This document shows positions 38,731 through 51,961 of a DNA stretch of 64,000 bases, in pieces. The DNA is from Octopus sinensis (taxonomy: Eukaryota). The translations under genes were made by a program, and so were the position numbers. Positions within the stretch are counted from its first letter, which is position 1. Each line of letters opens with the position of its first letter. The notes beneath the pieces are model-generated. The model saw only the letters and a program-made list of their open reading frames with translations. It was not told where the DNA came from and ran no database searches. The stretch spans positions 49,662,001 to 49,726,000 of the forward strand of contig NC_043000.1 in assembly GCF_006345805.1 (NCBI RefSeq), given 5' to 3'.

Positions 38731-40735
38731 TCCACCCACAAGATTCTCCAGGAAAAAATGGATGGATGGAATTTGGTAATATTAGTTCTGAATGTGAATG
38801 TCCTCTTGGACTATGTATACTTTAGAACTACGTACAAGTTTCTATCTCTGAAAATGAGACTAATAGTCTGCAAAAGACATGTTTAATGTTAGTAACATTA
38901 AAGAAAGTCAGATCTGCTATAGAGTAAATGAGGAATAATATTGGTAAATGACCAATATTATAATTTACTATGTTTCTTTCTTGATGGAATTTTTGAGTGG
39001 AGGTGTAGACTTACCATAACTTTTTGAAGTATTAACCATCAAATCACGAAGTAAACATACAGAAATCTATATTTGATGGTGTAGTGAAAGAGAATTAATG
39101 AGAAATGAAAACAGTCTGAAATGTCATTCACACGAGACTACTTCAGACATGTTTCATTCTTGGTGAAACTTTTTAGCAGAGGGGTAGACTTAATATAACT
39201 TGTTGAAGTATTAGCTATTGAATCAATAAGAAAATATAAAAACAAAAATATGTATATTTGTTGATGCAGAGGAAAAGAACCAAAGAAAAATTAAATTATT
39301 CTCAAACATCATCTGCATTATGTTAAGGGAGACAGTCAAAGCAACAAGAAATAGTGTTTTGCTAAGTTGTTTTTCAACATTGTATAGATTAATTCTGGCA
39401 TATTAGTAAATTCTAACATGCCAAGTTACTTAACAACTTCTTGAGGAAAAAAGTGGGAAATAATACTAGAATGCTGCATGAAAAGCTATGGTAAGGAATC
39501 TTATGTTCTTAATACGAACAGTGATTCAAAGTAGAAATTTTGTTCCTTCATTAAATACATATGGTGATTTGTTAGATAACAATAAGGTTATAATCCATCT
39601 GGGCACAAGGAATGTGAATGTTTAGGAGTTGAAAATAGATTTGCTGCAAGAAAACAGGATAAGCAACTGCTTCTAGGCAAATCTTGATAGAATCTTGTTT
39701 GATTTTCATGCTATGCAATTGGGTTTATTGGTTGAAAATATTGAAAACAGTCAATGTAAAATGTACAATAGCCTTCAAAATACCATTAAAAATATCTAGA
39801 CTGACTCTAAAAGTAGTCAGACATACAATATTCTGTTTATAACAGCTAGCACTTAACACAAATCAATAAAAGTACTGTTTTGTAATTTAGGGACAACAAG
39901 ATTTGTATTTTTTAAATAAAAAACAAAAAAGATGATGGTAGGACTGAAGTGATCTGAAAGAAGAAAAGAGAGAGAAGGATTTATATAGATAGATATATAA
40001 ATAGATATATAGAAAGAATTTAATAAGGAAGGAGAAAGTGTAAAACATATGCTAATCTATACATATTTATTGGATACAAAATTGTTCTGGCTTGACTTGA
40101 AATATTCTTTATTCTAAAACACATTTGACCTAAGCATTAACAAAATACTTTCTTTTATGACAAAAGATCAATTTTTGAATATCCCAATAAAATATTTTAC
40201 TTAATCTCTATGTGTGTATGTATGTGTGTATGTATGCATGTATGCATGCATATTTGTGAGAATGTGCACGAAAGTGTGTGTAATGTATGTATTTTTCAGG
40301 TGTGTTATTATGTGCTTAGCTGAGTGTGCTGAAATCGTTAACATTTACATCTGTAATCAATATTTTCTTATTGAAATTTGTTCTTTGAAATCTTTAACTT
40401 ATCAAGAAATATTATGAATGACAGAACTGCATTTCTAACTAATAAGTTAGTTAAAGCTTGTGACTTGGAAAGTTTATTAAATCATTACATGAAGTTCTGT
40501 TATGTGTTTAAAATTATCTTATATTTCTCTCAAAGGAGAAAAGCTTCTGGATTATAAACAAATTATAACAATGAGAAACTGAAGTTAATATTTCATGTGT
40601 ATTTGTTTTGGTTATTATTGTAGTATCATCATCATCATCATTATCATCATTGTTTTCGTCATCACCATCATCATTGTCTTCGTCATGATTGTCACCATCA
40701 TCTTCATCATAATCATCATTATCATCATTGTTTAA

Positions 40736-40954
40736 CCCTTTCAATATCAACCTGGCTGAAACTGGCTCTGGCTCTGAGTACAAATGTCTTATTTTCATAA
40801 GTTTTGAATTAAAGTCTCCCACCAAACCTTACTCACAATTTGTTCCTAACAGTAGTTTAATGATAACTAAGTTATTTTACTAGATTCTTTGTTATATTTA
40901 GAATTAATTGAATAACACACAGAACATCTCAAAATAAATATGGTAACGAAAGGG
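40736..40954. mobile_element. Complete piggyBac-type MITE (219 bp) with TTAA target duplication
   Basis: TTAA|CCCTTTCAATATCA ... TGGTAACGAAAGGG|TTAA; TIRs match 11 of 14, TTAA at 40732-40735 and 40955-40958. Confidence 0.8.
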
Positions 40955-42331
40955 TTAAATGTCCACATTTCCATGCCTCTAGACGTCAGTTGAAATTGAA
41001 TGAGGCAGGGGCTCTTTTTATGGCCAAATATGCTTATACATGTTTCATGGAAAACTGGAAATGAGTGACTCTGCTTGTATGATGGTGACCATTGCTTACA
41101 ACTATTGTACAATGTTAGCACAAGGAGACACTAACACACACACACACACACACATGTAGTATTAGTATTAGTAGTATTAGTAGTAGTAGTAGTAGTTGAA
41201 GGTTAAGTCTTTGGATTTGCTCATGTCACACTTCTATATGTAATTGTGTGAAATCTTCTTCAGATCTACTTTTAACCCCAGTGAAGTCCCAGAGGGTAAT
41301 GCAGAGTTGTTACATTATTTGCCAGTCTACTACAAAGACAATACAAGGGAGAACTGTTAAATATGTCATCTTACCAAAACTATGGAACCCTAATCTGAAG
41401 GTGGAAGAGTGGTAGATTTCAGAGAGCACCAAACTAAATGCCTTTCTCAACTTTAATTCTCTTTCCCCAACTCTCTCTCTTTCTCTGTCCCTTCCTCCCA
41501 CTCCATTTCTTTCTCTTACTATATTAGAGTTGTAAACCTCACTGGGGTTGATTTAGTGCAACATTTCTTTGTAATGAGTCAATAAGTACCAGTTATGAAC
41601 TGTTACTGATTAAACTGGTAAAAAGAAGAAAAAACACAAAATTATGGCCTTTGCACCTATATTAGTGATCAATGTTCTAATATGAACCAATATTTTTCTT
41701 CAATTTATTTTTTAAATTTCATTGAGTAGAACTAAGGACAAAAAAACTGTTATCATCTATTTTCTCCCCACATTAATTAGTACATGCTTAAACTATATTA
41801 TTAGCATAGAAAAACCAAACAATGCAAGCATTATTACTTCCAGCTTTTCATTAATGATGTCTAAACAGCAGAATACTGATGTTAAATGCGTTATTCTGTT
41901 GCAATCAGCACTTCTAAATGATACGGAAACAGCTAATAACTACGGCAATTTAGTAGACTTTGTAGAAAACGAAAGCAACAAACTTAGCCACTATAGTAAA
42001 ATATCCATTAGTAGCTGTGAAATGCTCGGTCGGTGGTGGGCGAATCAACTTCTTTAACATTTACAATTGACTTGCTATTCAAGGTGATAATAGGCTACAA
42101 TTAGTCGACACAGCTTGCAAGCGTTTCACTTGTAACACCTTCTGCTCGTTGAAAAGGGGGCTCCAATAAAAGAAAGTCAAATGAAAGGAGAAACGATCAA
42201 AGAATATCCTGTTCTGAGTGCAACGTTAACAAATACGAAGGTCAATTCAGCTTGATTCTTGTCCCAGCAATAAGTAGATTACACCAAGTTCTATGCAAGC
42301 CGCTCCTTGCATGAGAACATGATTGTGTGTA

Positions 42332-42366
<35 letters not shown>

Positions 42367-42462
42367 AAAATGAAATAAATGGTGACAAATTATGATGCCA
42401 ATTAAATTATCAGGAAATATCATCATCATCATCATCATCACTGTTATTATTATCATTATTAA

Positions 42463-42972
42463 TGTGGTGAGCTGATAGACTTGTTAAGCACATTGGACAA
42501 AATGTTTTGTAGTGTTTCTTCCGACTCATCACTGTCTAAGTTCAAATTCTTACAAGGTTGACTTTGCCTATCATCCTTTTTTGGGGGTCAATAAAATAAA
42601 GTACCAGTCAAGTACTGGACTTGATGTGGTTGACTTGCCTCTGCCCCTTTTAACTGCTAACCTTGTGCTAGAAGTAGAATTATTATTATTATTATTATTC
42701 AGGTGGTGAACTGGCAGAATCATTAGCATACCAGGCAAAATGCTTGTCACTACATTCTGAGTTCAAATTCCGCCAAGGTCCACTTTGCCTTTCATCCTTT
42801 AGGGGTTGATAAAATATGTACCAGTTGAATACTGGGCTCAATGTAATCAACTCATTACCTCCTCCAAAACTGCTGCCTTTGTGGCAAAAATTAAAACCAT
42901 TATTATTATTATTATTATTAAGGTGGTGGGCTGGTAGAACTGTTAGTCTGCTGGGAAAAATGCTTAGCATTA

Positions 42973-43023
<51 letters not shown>

Positions 43024-43610
43024 GACAGACTCAGTGGAGTGATAAGAAAAATGATTTGCCTTATTTCTTCCAAGGTGGGGAGCTTGCAGAATCATTAGTA
43101 CACCAGGCAAAATGCTTAGTGGCATTTCGTCTGTCTTACGTTTTGAGTTCAAATTCTCCTGAGTTTGACTTGGTGTTTCCTCCTTTAGGGGCTGATAAAA
43201 TAAATAAGCAGTCAGGCACTGGGGTTGCTGTAATTGACTTACACCCTCCCTCAAAATTGCCAGCCTTGCACTAAAATTTGGAACCATAATTTCCTCCAAC
43301 TGTATACACCCTGAGTTTAAATTCTATGGAAGCCAACTTTGCCTTTCATCCATCTAGTGGCTGAGGACCAGTCAGTACTTTTGTCAATTTGACTGACTTC
43401 TGTCAACCAAATTTCAGGTTTTCTACCTATGCTAGAAACAATTATTATAATTACTGACAGAAGTGATAGCATACTGTACAAAAATGCCTTGTAGTGTATG
43501 GCATTCCTTTTCTCTTTTATGGGGTGGAAATGAGTGTCAATTTATTCTTTTCTCCTCGCATGAGGTACCCATAACATTAAGTACCAGTCAAGAAAGAGCT
43601 TGATGTATTG
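42463..43610 (+). mobile_element. Head-to-tail array of MetaSINE-like elements (about 6 full or partial copies) separated by (ATT)n
   Basis: Heads (A/T)GGTGG(T/G)GA(G/A)CT(G/T)GCAGAATC at about 42463, 42701, 42921 and 43071; central-domain fragments at about 43310 and 43480. Confidence 0.85.
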
Positions 43611-46197
43611 ATAATGTTTGTCTCAAATATGAGGCCTTGTGACTATGCTGCAAATCATAATTATTATCATTATATGTGAGCTTCTTTGCACCAACAGGTG
43701 CAACAGAAGACCACATGTAAATCCACATGTACATTGGCTCAAGCAAAAGAAGCAAGTGGCACAAAAATAACCAACACCATTCCAATGGATTTAATAAAAT
43801 GTTCAGTTCAAAAATCCAAGAATGTTACCAAATTCAATAGATCCCTGAAGAGCACTGTAGAGTACAACAGCAAAATCAGTGCCAATAACAACTGTAATGT
43901 AGATACTGTCTAGACACATCAATATGTAATAACAACATTCTTCATCTAAGAAGTTGTTTTTTTTTAAATCCACCAAACATGTTACTTTTTGACTGAGATC
44001 AAAATCCTTTTCTGAAATGTATCTAAATAAGAACTTTACCCACAAAACAAAACTTTAGAAAAACAATACAAGGCTTAAAAGAGATGGAAGGATGGAAAGA
44101 AGGGGAAAGCTGAAGAAGAAAAATAAGCTATAACAGTGAACTTCAATATCAGTAGGTCAGTTAATCCACATCACAGCAATAAGATTTAAGATTGACGGTA
44201 TTAATGCTGGTCATAAACTAATTGAAGTACTTAATAAATGTTAGGTTGTATGGTAAAAACAGTGATTGAACCAATGTCCCTATACTGAAATATTGGTAGT
44301 CAAATGTTTGCTTTCAATAATTAAGCTATAAATAATATTTTTCTTCTCATGAGAGATGACAGAATCACTTTATTTTTATAAAAAAGTCAGATATAATTTC
44401 AACAGTTATTCTCCTCTGAGTAGTGTGGATTAATGCTTTTGTAGAAGAAAGAGAAAACCAAAATCATTTGAAAGCTGCAATTATACTGTCTTTATGGGAG
44501 TGGGCTTAAAGATTTAGTGCAATGCAGCCTGTTGAAAAATATTTGCCAATTCAGAATTCTATTTAAGATGTGGCACTGAAGAAAATAACTGTTACATTAT
44601 AAGAAACTTGGTTTCTTTTCAATATATGATACTGACAGTAAAAGAAAAATTCCAAATAATTTATGAAGAAAAAGTATTTGATAAGAAAGTGAGAATAAAA
44701 AGGAAAGGAAAAAAATGAATTCTTACTTTAAAACTATAATAAATACTAAAACAACTACACACACATATATATACATTTACATACATACATGTAAACATAT
44801 ATACATAATATATATATATATATATATGCATATGTGTATAAGCAAAACTGTAAACTAACCGAATAGCATTTAACTGTAAATTCTAAAACTGATTTTTTTC
44901 CATTGGTCCTTATAACTACCAATTTGAGCTGTAGGCAGTCAAAAGACATAATTTTGATTGATATGTCCAGCGATAGTAGTGAAGAATTATTACTACTTTG
45001 TGTCATAGTTCAAAATTTGGCACTGTTATATTTTCAAACACCAAATACCAATCACCAACATCCTGTCTTTCACCATGAATAGAAAGATTGGTTCAGAATT
45101 TTATTGGGCTATAGAGAAGCAGAGTGAGAAAATAAAAATTATTTCATAAACATCTATACTGTGTTTACCATAACTGACTCCATTCGCTTTAATACATCTT
45201 TGTAGCAAACTACTGGCATGGTGAACCAATAAAGGAGATCTATATGTCATCATTCACCTTACTAGAAACAGTGGCTAAATTTCCCTCAACTCATACCCGA
45301 GTATCTTACAAATGAATACACTAGGTAACATTGTCCTGTGTACATTATATCTAAAAATAATCTGTAGGAGGGTCATGTCTGGGACATCTTTGATCATAGC
45401 TCTGCTCAATAATAACAACAGTAACTAAAGTTGTTATGTTTGGTCTCTTTAGTACAGCACAGGTTTGCTCTGTCATGATTGGCCTGGAGTTAAATAGCTT
45501 CTGCTCCAGCCATACACACACCACACCGTGCCTTACGGAAAGCAAATGTCTGCTTGCCCATGGTTGTCTTGTAACTTAACAAGAATAATCACAATAAACT
45601 AAACATAATGCTGTATTTTTAATAAAGCAGATGGACCTACTCAATCGTGGACAGCCTAGGGCTAAGCAACACAATATCTATAGCTATAATGTTATACTCA
45701 TTAGCAAAGCAGATAAGTCTGCTTGCACCTTGTAGCAAAACTGAATAGAAATAAAAACAACAAAAAAAAAGTAAAAAGAAAAATTGGTTTCAGTTCTACA
45801 AGCATCTATTAAGATATTAGCAGTATGAAGGGTACCCAGATTTGAAAATAATTACTTCAACAAAAAAAGAATCCCAGACTGCTAGCATGGGAAATTGCAA
45901 TTAAAACAATAAAATGTTAACACACATAGGTACATATGTATATTTGCACATGTATGTGTTACTTATGAGGTGATTTGTTATTCTATGGGAGTTTATTGAT
46001 AGGCTTTGTGCTAGACAGGCTAAGTAGCAAAAAGATAAAACACAACCATTTAGGTGATATATGTGTGTGCGTCTGTGTGTGTATATCGATGTGTTATGTG
46101 TACTTATATATGTATATGTGTGTGTACATGTGCATATATATGTGTGTGTGTATATCGTTGTGTTATGTGCACCAATATATGTATATGTGTGTGTACA

Positions 46198-46242
<45 letters not shown>

Positions 46243-46540
46243 TTATATATATATATATACATATATATGAGATGTATGTGTATGTGCTTCAATGTATAAT
46301 CAACACATGCACACACACATATGTATACATCTGTATACATACAATCATAACATACAATACATGAACTGCAAATCTCTTTCTCTCTCTTCTACCCTTCTCT
46401 ATTTTTAACATTCAGTTACTTAATTGTTGCTTACTATGATCACAATGAACAGAATGAATTTATTCACACACACACACGTGTATGTGTGTGTATATACATA
46501 TATATATATATATAACATAAAATATGCATGTACGTATGTG

Positions 46541-46579
<39 letters not shown>

Positions 46580-47088
46580 TTGTGTGTGTGTGTATATATA
46601 TATATATATAAGCACATATGTATACACACACATACACATATATATGTATATATATACACACACACATATATATATATATATATGTATGTGTGTATATATA
46701 TATATAGATATACAGATAGATATGTATACACATACACACACACACATATATATATATGTATGTATATTCGTCAGATATACTAAGTTTCTCTGTGATGTAT
46801 TTTGCATCTCCTTTAGGATTACATTTCGAGGGCTGCTTAACTTTGATGAATGACTACCAAAATAAGAAAAAAAAAAAAAGAGAAAAAGGAATGTGTGCAT
46901 AATTTGAGTGGTGAATTTAAAAAACAGAAAAAACATTAAATCCAGTATTACAACTGTGAAAATAATTGAACTCAGTCATAGTGTTTCTTAGTAGCCTAAA
47001 GACAGATAATCAATGGTTGTCAGTTACTGCAGGACTGAGCCTGACTTAGCAAATATTTTCATTATATATATATATACACACACACGTG

Positions 47089-47340
47089 TGTGGAGGTGCG
47101 TGGCTTAGTGGTTAGGATGTCAGCACCATGATCGTAAGATTGTGGTTTCGATTCCTGGACCGGGCGATGCGTTGTGTTATTGAGCAAAACACTTCATTTC
47201 ACGTTGCTTCAGTCCACTCAGCTGGCAAAGATGAGTAACGCTGTGATAGACTAGCGTCTCGTCCACCTGGGTAACACATACACCATAGAAACCAGGAAAC
47301 CAGGCCCATGAGCCTGGCCAGGCTTTAAAAGGGTGCATTT
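47089..47340 (+). mobile_element. tRNA-derived CORE-like SINE, second subfamily (decayed copy at about 49550-49830)
   Basis: TGGCTTAGTGG..GTTTCGATTCC head; GTGTTATTGAGCAAAACACTT core; distinct 3' part GATAGACTAGCGTCTCGTCC. Confidence 0.8.
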
Positions 47341-47355
47341 TATTTTTTTATTTAC

Positions 47356-47760
47356 GCAGGAGTGGCTGTGTGGTAAGTAGCTTGCTAACCAACCACATGG
47401 TTCCGAGTTCAGTCCCACTGTGTGGCATCTTGGGCAACTGTCTTCTGCTATAGCCCCGGGCCGACCAATGCCTTGAGTGGATTTGGTAGATGGAAACTGA
47501 AAGAAGCCTGTCGTATATATGTATATATATATATGTGTGTGTGTTTGTGTGTCTGTGTTTGTCCCCCTAGCATTGCTTGACACCCAATGCTGGTGTGTTT
47601 ACATCCCCGTCACTTAGCGGTTCGGCAAAAGAGACCGATAGAATAAGTACTGGGCTTTATAAAGAATAAGTCTCGGGGTCGATTTGCTCAACTAAAGGCG
47701 GTGCTCCAGTATGGCCGCAGTCAAATGACTGAAACAAGTAAAAGAGTAAAAAAGAGTAAG
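47356..47760 (+). mobile_element. Young full-length tRNA-headed SINE with internal (TA/TG)n
   Basis: GCAGGAGTGGCTGTGTGGTAAG..GAGTTCAGTCCCAC head, (GTAAAAGA)-type tail, CpG retained. Confidence 0.9.
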
Positions 47761-48021
47761 AGTATAGACATACATACACAAACACACACATGCACATTTA
47801 TGCATTCCTGCATATTCTTTTACTTGTATGAGTTATTAGATGGCACCATGTAGAACACCACCTTGAAAATTTTAATTGATGAAACAGACCTAGAATTTAT
47901 TTTTAAAAAACTGGCACTTATTTTATCATCATCTTCATGCCAAACAACTATATTACACAAGGATAAGCAAACACTCCTTCTCTGCACATATATAGTCTCT
48001 CTCTCTTTACATATATATATA

Positions 48022-48310
48022 TCACGTGACTGACCAGGCTATCAGATGTTGTTACACATCGCTGGTCACAATGCGCTTCGCATTGTTTTAGCCTTCAAAT
48101 GACGCCACCCCGCTGGCTAAGCGAGCAGGCCAACAGAAGAAAGAGTGAAAGAAAGTTGTGGCGAAAGAGTACAACAGGGGTCGCCACCACCCTTGCCGGA
48201 GCCTCGTGGAGTTTTAGGTGTTTTCGCTCAATAAACACACACAATGCCCGGTCTGGGAATCGAAACCGCGATCCTCTGACCGCGAGTCCGCTGCCCTAAC
48301 CACTGGGCCA
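48022..48310 (-). mobile_element. Young tRNA-derived SINE (third subfamily), head slightly truncated
   Basis: Minus strand TGGCCCAGTGGTTAGGGCAGCGGACTCGCGG..GGTTTCGATTCCCAGACCGGG with A and B boxes; CpG rich. Confidence 0.85.
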
Positions 48311-48989
48311 ATGCTAGCATGGAAAGCGGACGTTAAATGATGATGATGATGATGATATATCATTTAATATGTACAGGATTTGAATATGAGCTAGTATTAG
48401 TTTCATGCCTTTGGAAATACAGATGTCAGACAAGCTCAGATTCGAAATACAGGTGTGGCTGTATGATAAGAAGGTTGCTTCTGAATCTCATGGTTCTGCA
48501 TTCAGCCCCCACTTCATGACACCTTGGGTACGTGTCTTCTATTATAGACTCAGGCTTATCAAAGCCTTGTGAGTGGATTTAATAGACAGAAACTGAAAGA
48601 AGTCCGTCATATGTATAAATATGTATATATCCATGTATGTGTCTTGTGTCTCTCCCCATCATCACTTGACAACTGGTGTTGGTTTTTATATCCCCATAAC
48701 TTAGTGGTTCAGCAAAAGGGTCTGAGAGAATAAGTACTAGGCTTATAAAGAATAAGTCCTGGGTATCTATTTCTTTGACTGAAACCCTTCAAGGTGGTGC
48801 TCCAGCATGGCTGCAGTCAAATGACCGAAACAAGTAAAATGAGAAAAGAATAAAGTGTGTGTTTGTGTGTGTTATCTCTGATATGGTGGGTATTGTTGAG
48901 AATATATTATTGCTTCACATAATGTTACATTGTTACAATAATTATAAGTTTAATTTTTCAAATTTCATAGTCTTCATATAAAATAACTG

Positions 48990-50090
48990 TTTTCAATTTA
49001 GGCACGTGGCCAGCAAGTTTGAAACAGGAGGTAAATTGATTACATCAATCTCAGTACTTGACTAGTACTTTATTTTACCAATTCTGGGTGGATGAAAGGC
49101 AAAGTTGACTTTGTCAGAATTTAAACCCAAAATGCAAAAAACCAGAAAAAAATACAAGGGATTTTATCTGATGCTCTAATGATACCACAATTCCAAAATA
49201 GTAATTTTCAAATTTCTCATTTGTATATTTATATTAAACATATCTATACCTATATCTTTACTACCCACAAGGGTCTAAACACAGAGAGGACAAACAAGGA
49301 CAGACAAATGGATTAAGTCGATTATATCGACCCCAGTGCGTAACTGGTACTTATTTTATCGACCCTGAAAGGATGAAAGGCGAAGTCGACCTCAGCGGAA
49401 TTTGAACTCAGAACGTAGTGGCAGACGAAATACCGCTAAGCATTTTGCCCGAGGTGCTAACGTTTCTGCCAGCTCACCGCCTTAAAGATATCTATACCAA
49501 TATCCAATCAATTATAGTAATACTGTGATATTCTGATAATGTTATTTTCAGGTGAAAGCACATGATCTTACAGTTAGGACGTTTGACTCATGACTGCATG
49601 ATTATGGTTTCAATTCCCAGACAATGCAGTGCATTGTGTTCTTGATCAGGGCACTACATTTCACATTGTTCCATTGTTCCAGTTCACTTGACTGAAAATG
49701 AGCACTAACAGCAGCAGCTGAAGTTAACAATGTGATAAACTGATATCTCATTCAGTGCATGTGGTAGGAAGAGTATAGTACTCTTATAGTTGCTTATATG
49801 CCATAGAAACTGGGACACACTCCAGCCTTATAATCCTATAAGCACATAACAGTCTCCTATATTATTCTTAAGGTCAATATATAGGTTTCAAATTTTGGCA
49901 CAAAACCAAGTTTGGGGAAGGTGGCTAGCCAGTTATATCGATCCCAGTGCTCAAATAGAATTTATTTTATTGACCCCAAAAGAATGAAAAGCTAAGTCAA
50001 CCTCATCAGAATTTGAACTCAGAACATAAAGACAGATGAAATGATGTCAAGTATTTTGCCTGGTATGATAATAATTCTGCCAGCTCTCTG
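48990..50090 (-). mobile_element. Three MetaSINE-like copies (about 48990-49200, 49257-49483 best preserved, 49880-50090)
   Basis: 49257-49483 reverse complement GGCGGTGAGCTGGCAGAAACGTTAGC..TTCTGAGTTCAAATTCCGCTGAGGTCGACTTCGCCTTTCATCC. Other copies at about 31260-31400, 52630-52830(+), 52840-52990(-) and 53640-53810(+). Confidence 0.85.
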
Positions 50091-50383
50091 CCTTTCTTAA
50101 GGTCAATTTATTACTGTCTCTATGTTATAGATCAATTTTATGTGACCATCATACACAAAAATTATAATTATTGCACCTGTGCAACATTGCCTGATATTAT
50201 TCATAGTAACAAAAGTATATTCTCAAAATCATATGACAGGTAACAAACCAATATTGGAAATAAAAGTCTTTAAATACCAGTGGTGAAACACTAAATTATA
50301 CAGCAGAAAATTGTGAAAATTTTTGAGGTCAGTGGAAATAGTCATACAAGTAGAAACAGGAAGAGGTGGGGGTGAAGATAAGA

Positions 50384-50426
<43 letters not shown>

Positions 50427-51658
50427 AGTAGTAAAAGTAGAAGGTGAATTATTAGTTGTATATGAGGAGATGTAGTAACAGTAGAAAATAGTGCAAGAGG
50501 GAAAACAGAAAAGTAATTCCGTATAAGTTAGCATGACCAAGCAATGAACAATGGGTATTATTACTATGAAATATATAAAGAATGTATATAAACAGATTGT
50601 TCAGAAATGAAATTAAATAAAAATGGTAATAGTGTAACATTTTTATTTTATTTCCCTTGTCAAAATGAAGTGTTTCATACTACAATAAAAATCAAGCTGT
50701 GCTAAATAAATTCTTTCTAAGATAGAGATTTTTATGATGTCTTTAAAAAGGAAGAAAAAAAAAAAACTTTTTTTATTTATATATTCTTATTTAGTTATCA
50801 TTTCAATGCTGATGGGGTTTTTTCTTATCTATTTGTTCCATGCAAACATTGTTATACTAAATACTACTCGTGACTTTTTTCCTGGCTAAAATTGTGATTT
50901 GTTTTCCCTCTGTGGCTTTATTTCTGGTCACCTTTTTGGTGATCATAAATAAAATCTTAGAAAAAAAAAATATGGTACAGTCTCACATATGTGACACAGT
51001 AAGTAGAAAAACTTTGATCAACTCAGATTATCCAAGCTATCAGTTGACAAAAACCTCCCTTTAGGTATGTCTGAGTTCAAATTCCACCAAGATGTGAAAC
51101 CTTGGGCAAGTATCTTCTACTTTAGCATTTAGATTACTCTAAATTTCAGTGATATGATTGTTTATGTTTGGAATGACATTGTAGATTAGGTGTAAAAGAC
51201 CAGATCTGGTTGGTTTGAACATAAAACAGATAGAAAATTTGGGTCAAATATGGTCATTTTAAATGCTAATGGTTAAAGGTGAAAAGCAACAGGCATAGGA
51301 AGAACCCTAATAACATCAGTTGAGTGAAATTTTTTGAATGATATAAATTGCAGTCGTGTTTATGATGACTGAAGTGGTATGTAGTATGACTCGAAACCAG
51401 ATGTTATTTCGTTTTGTGCCATGTAAAAGTACATTGAGATTCAGCTGCACTTAATGTTGTAGCAATTGTACATGAACTCAGTACTAGAAGCTAGTTTTTC
51501 ATGACCAAGTTAATGAATAGACATCACACATACAGTAAAATTTCATAATGCTGTGTAGTAAGAAGCTTGTTTCCCAACCACAGAAAGGAATACGGAAAGA
51601 AACAAGGAGAGAAAATAAAGAATGTGTAGTGGCTAGCGATCTATCATGGTGAATATAT

Positions 51659-51707
<49 letters not shown>

Positions 51708-51723
51708 TTCTTTTCTTTTTTTT

Positions 51724-51923
51724 TCTTTTACTTGTTTCAGTCATTTGACGGCGGCCATGCTGGAGCACCACCTTTAGTCGAGCAAATCGACCCCGGGACT
51801 TATTCTTTGTAAGCCCAGTACTTATTCTATCGGTCTCTTTTTGCCGAACCGCTAAGTGACGGGGTCGTAAACACACCAGCATCGGTGTCAAGCAATGCTA
51901 GGGGGACAAACACAGACACACAT

Positions 51924-51961
<38 letters not shown>

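Noticed and set aside
43686-44045. Hydrophobic ORFs suggesting a membrane protein
   Set aside because: The frames are interrupted by stops and show no recognisable family motif or splice support.
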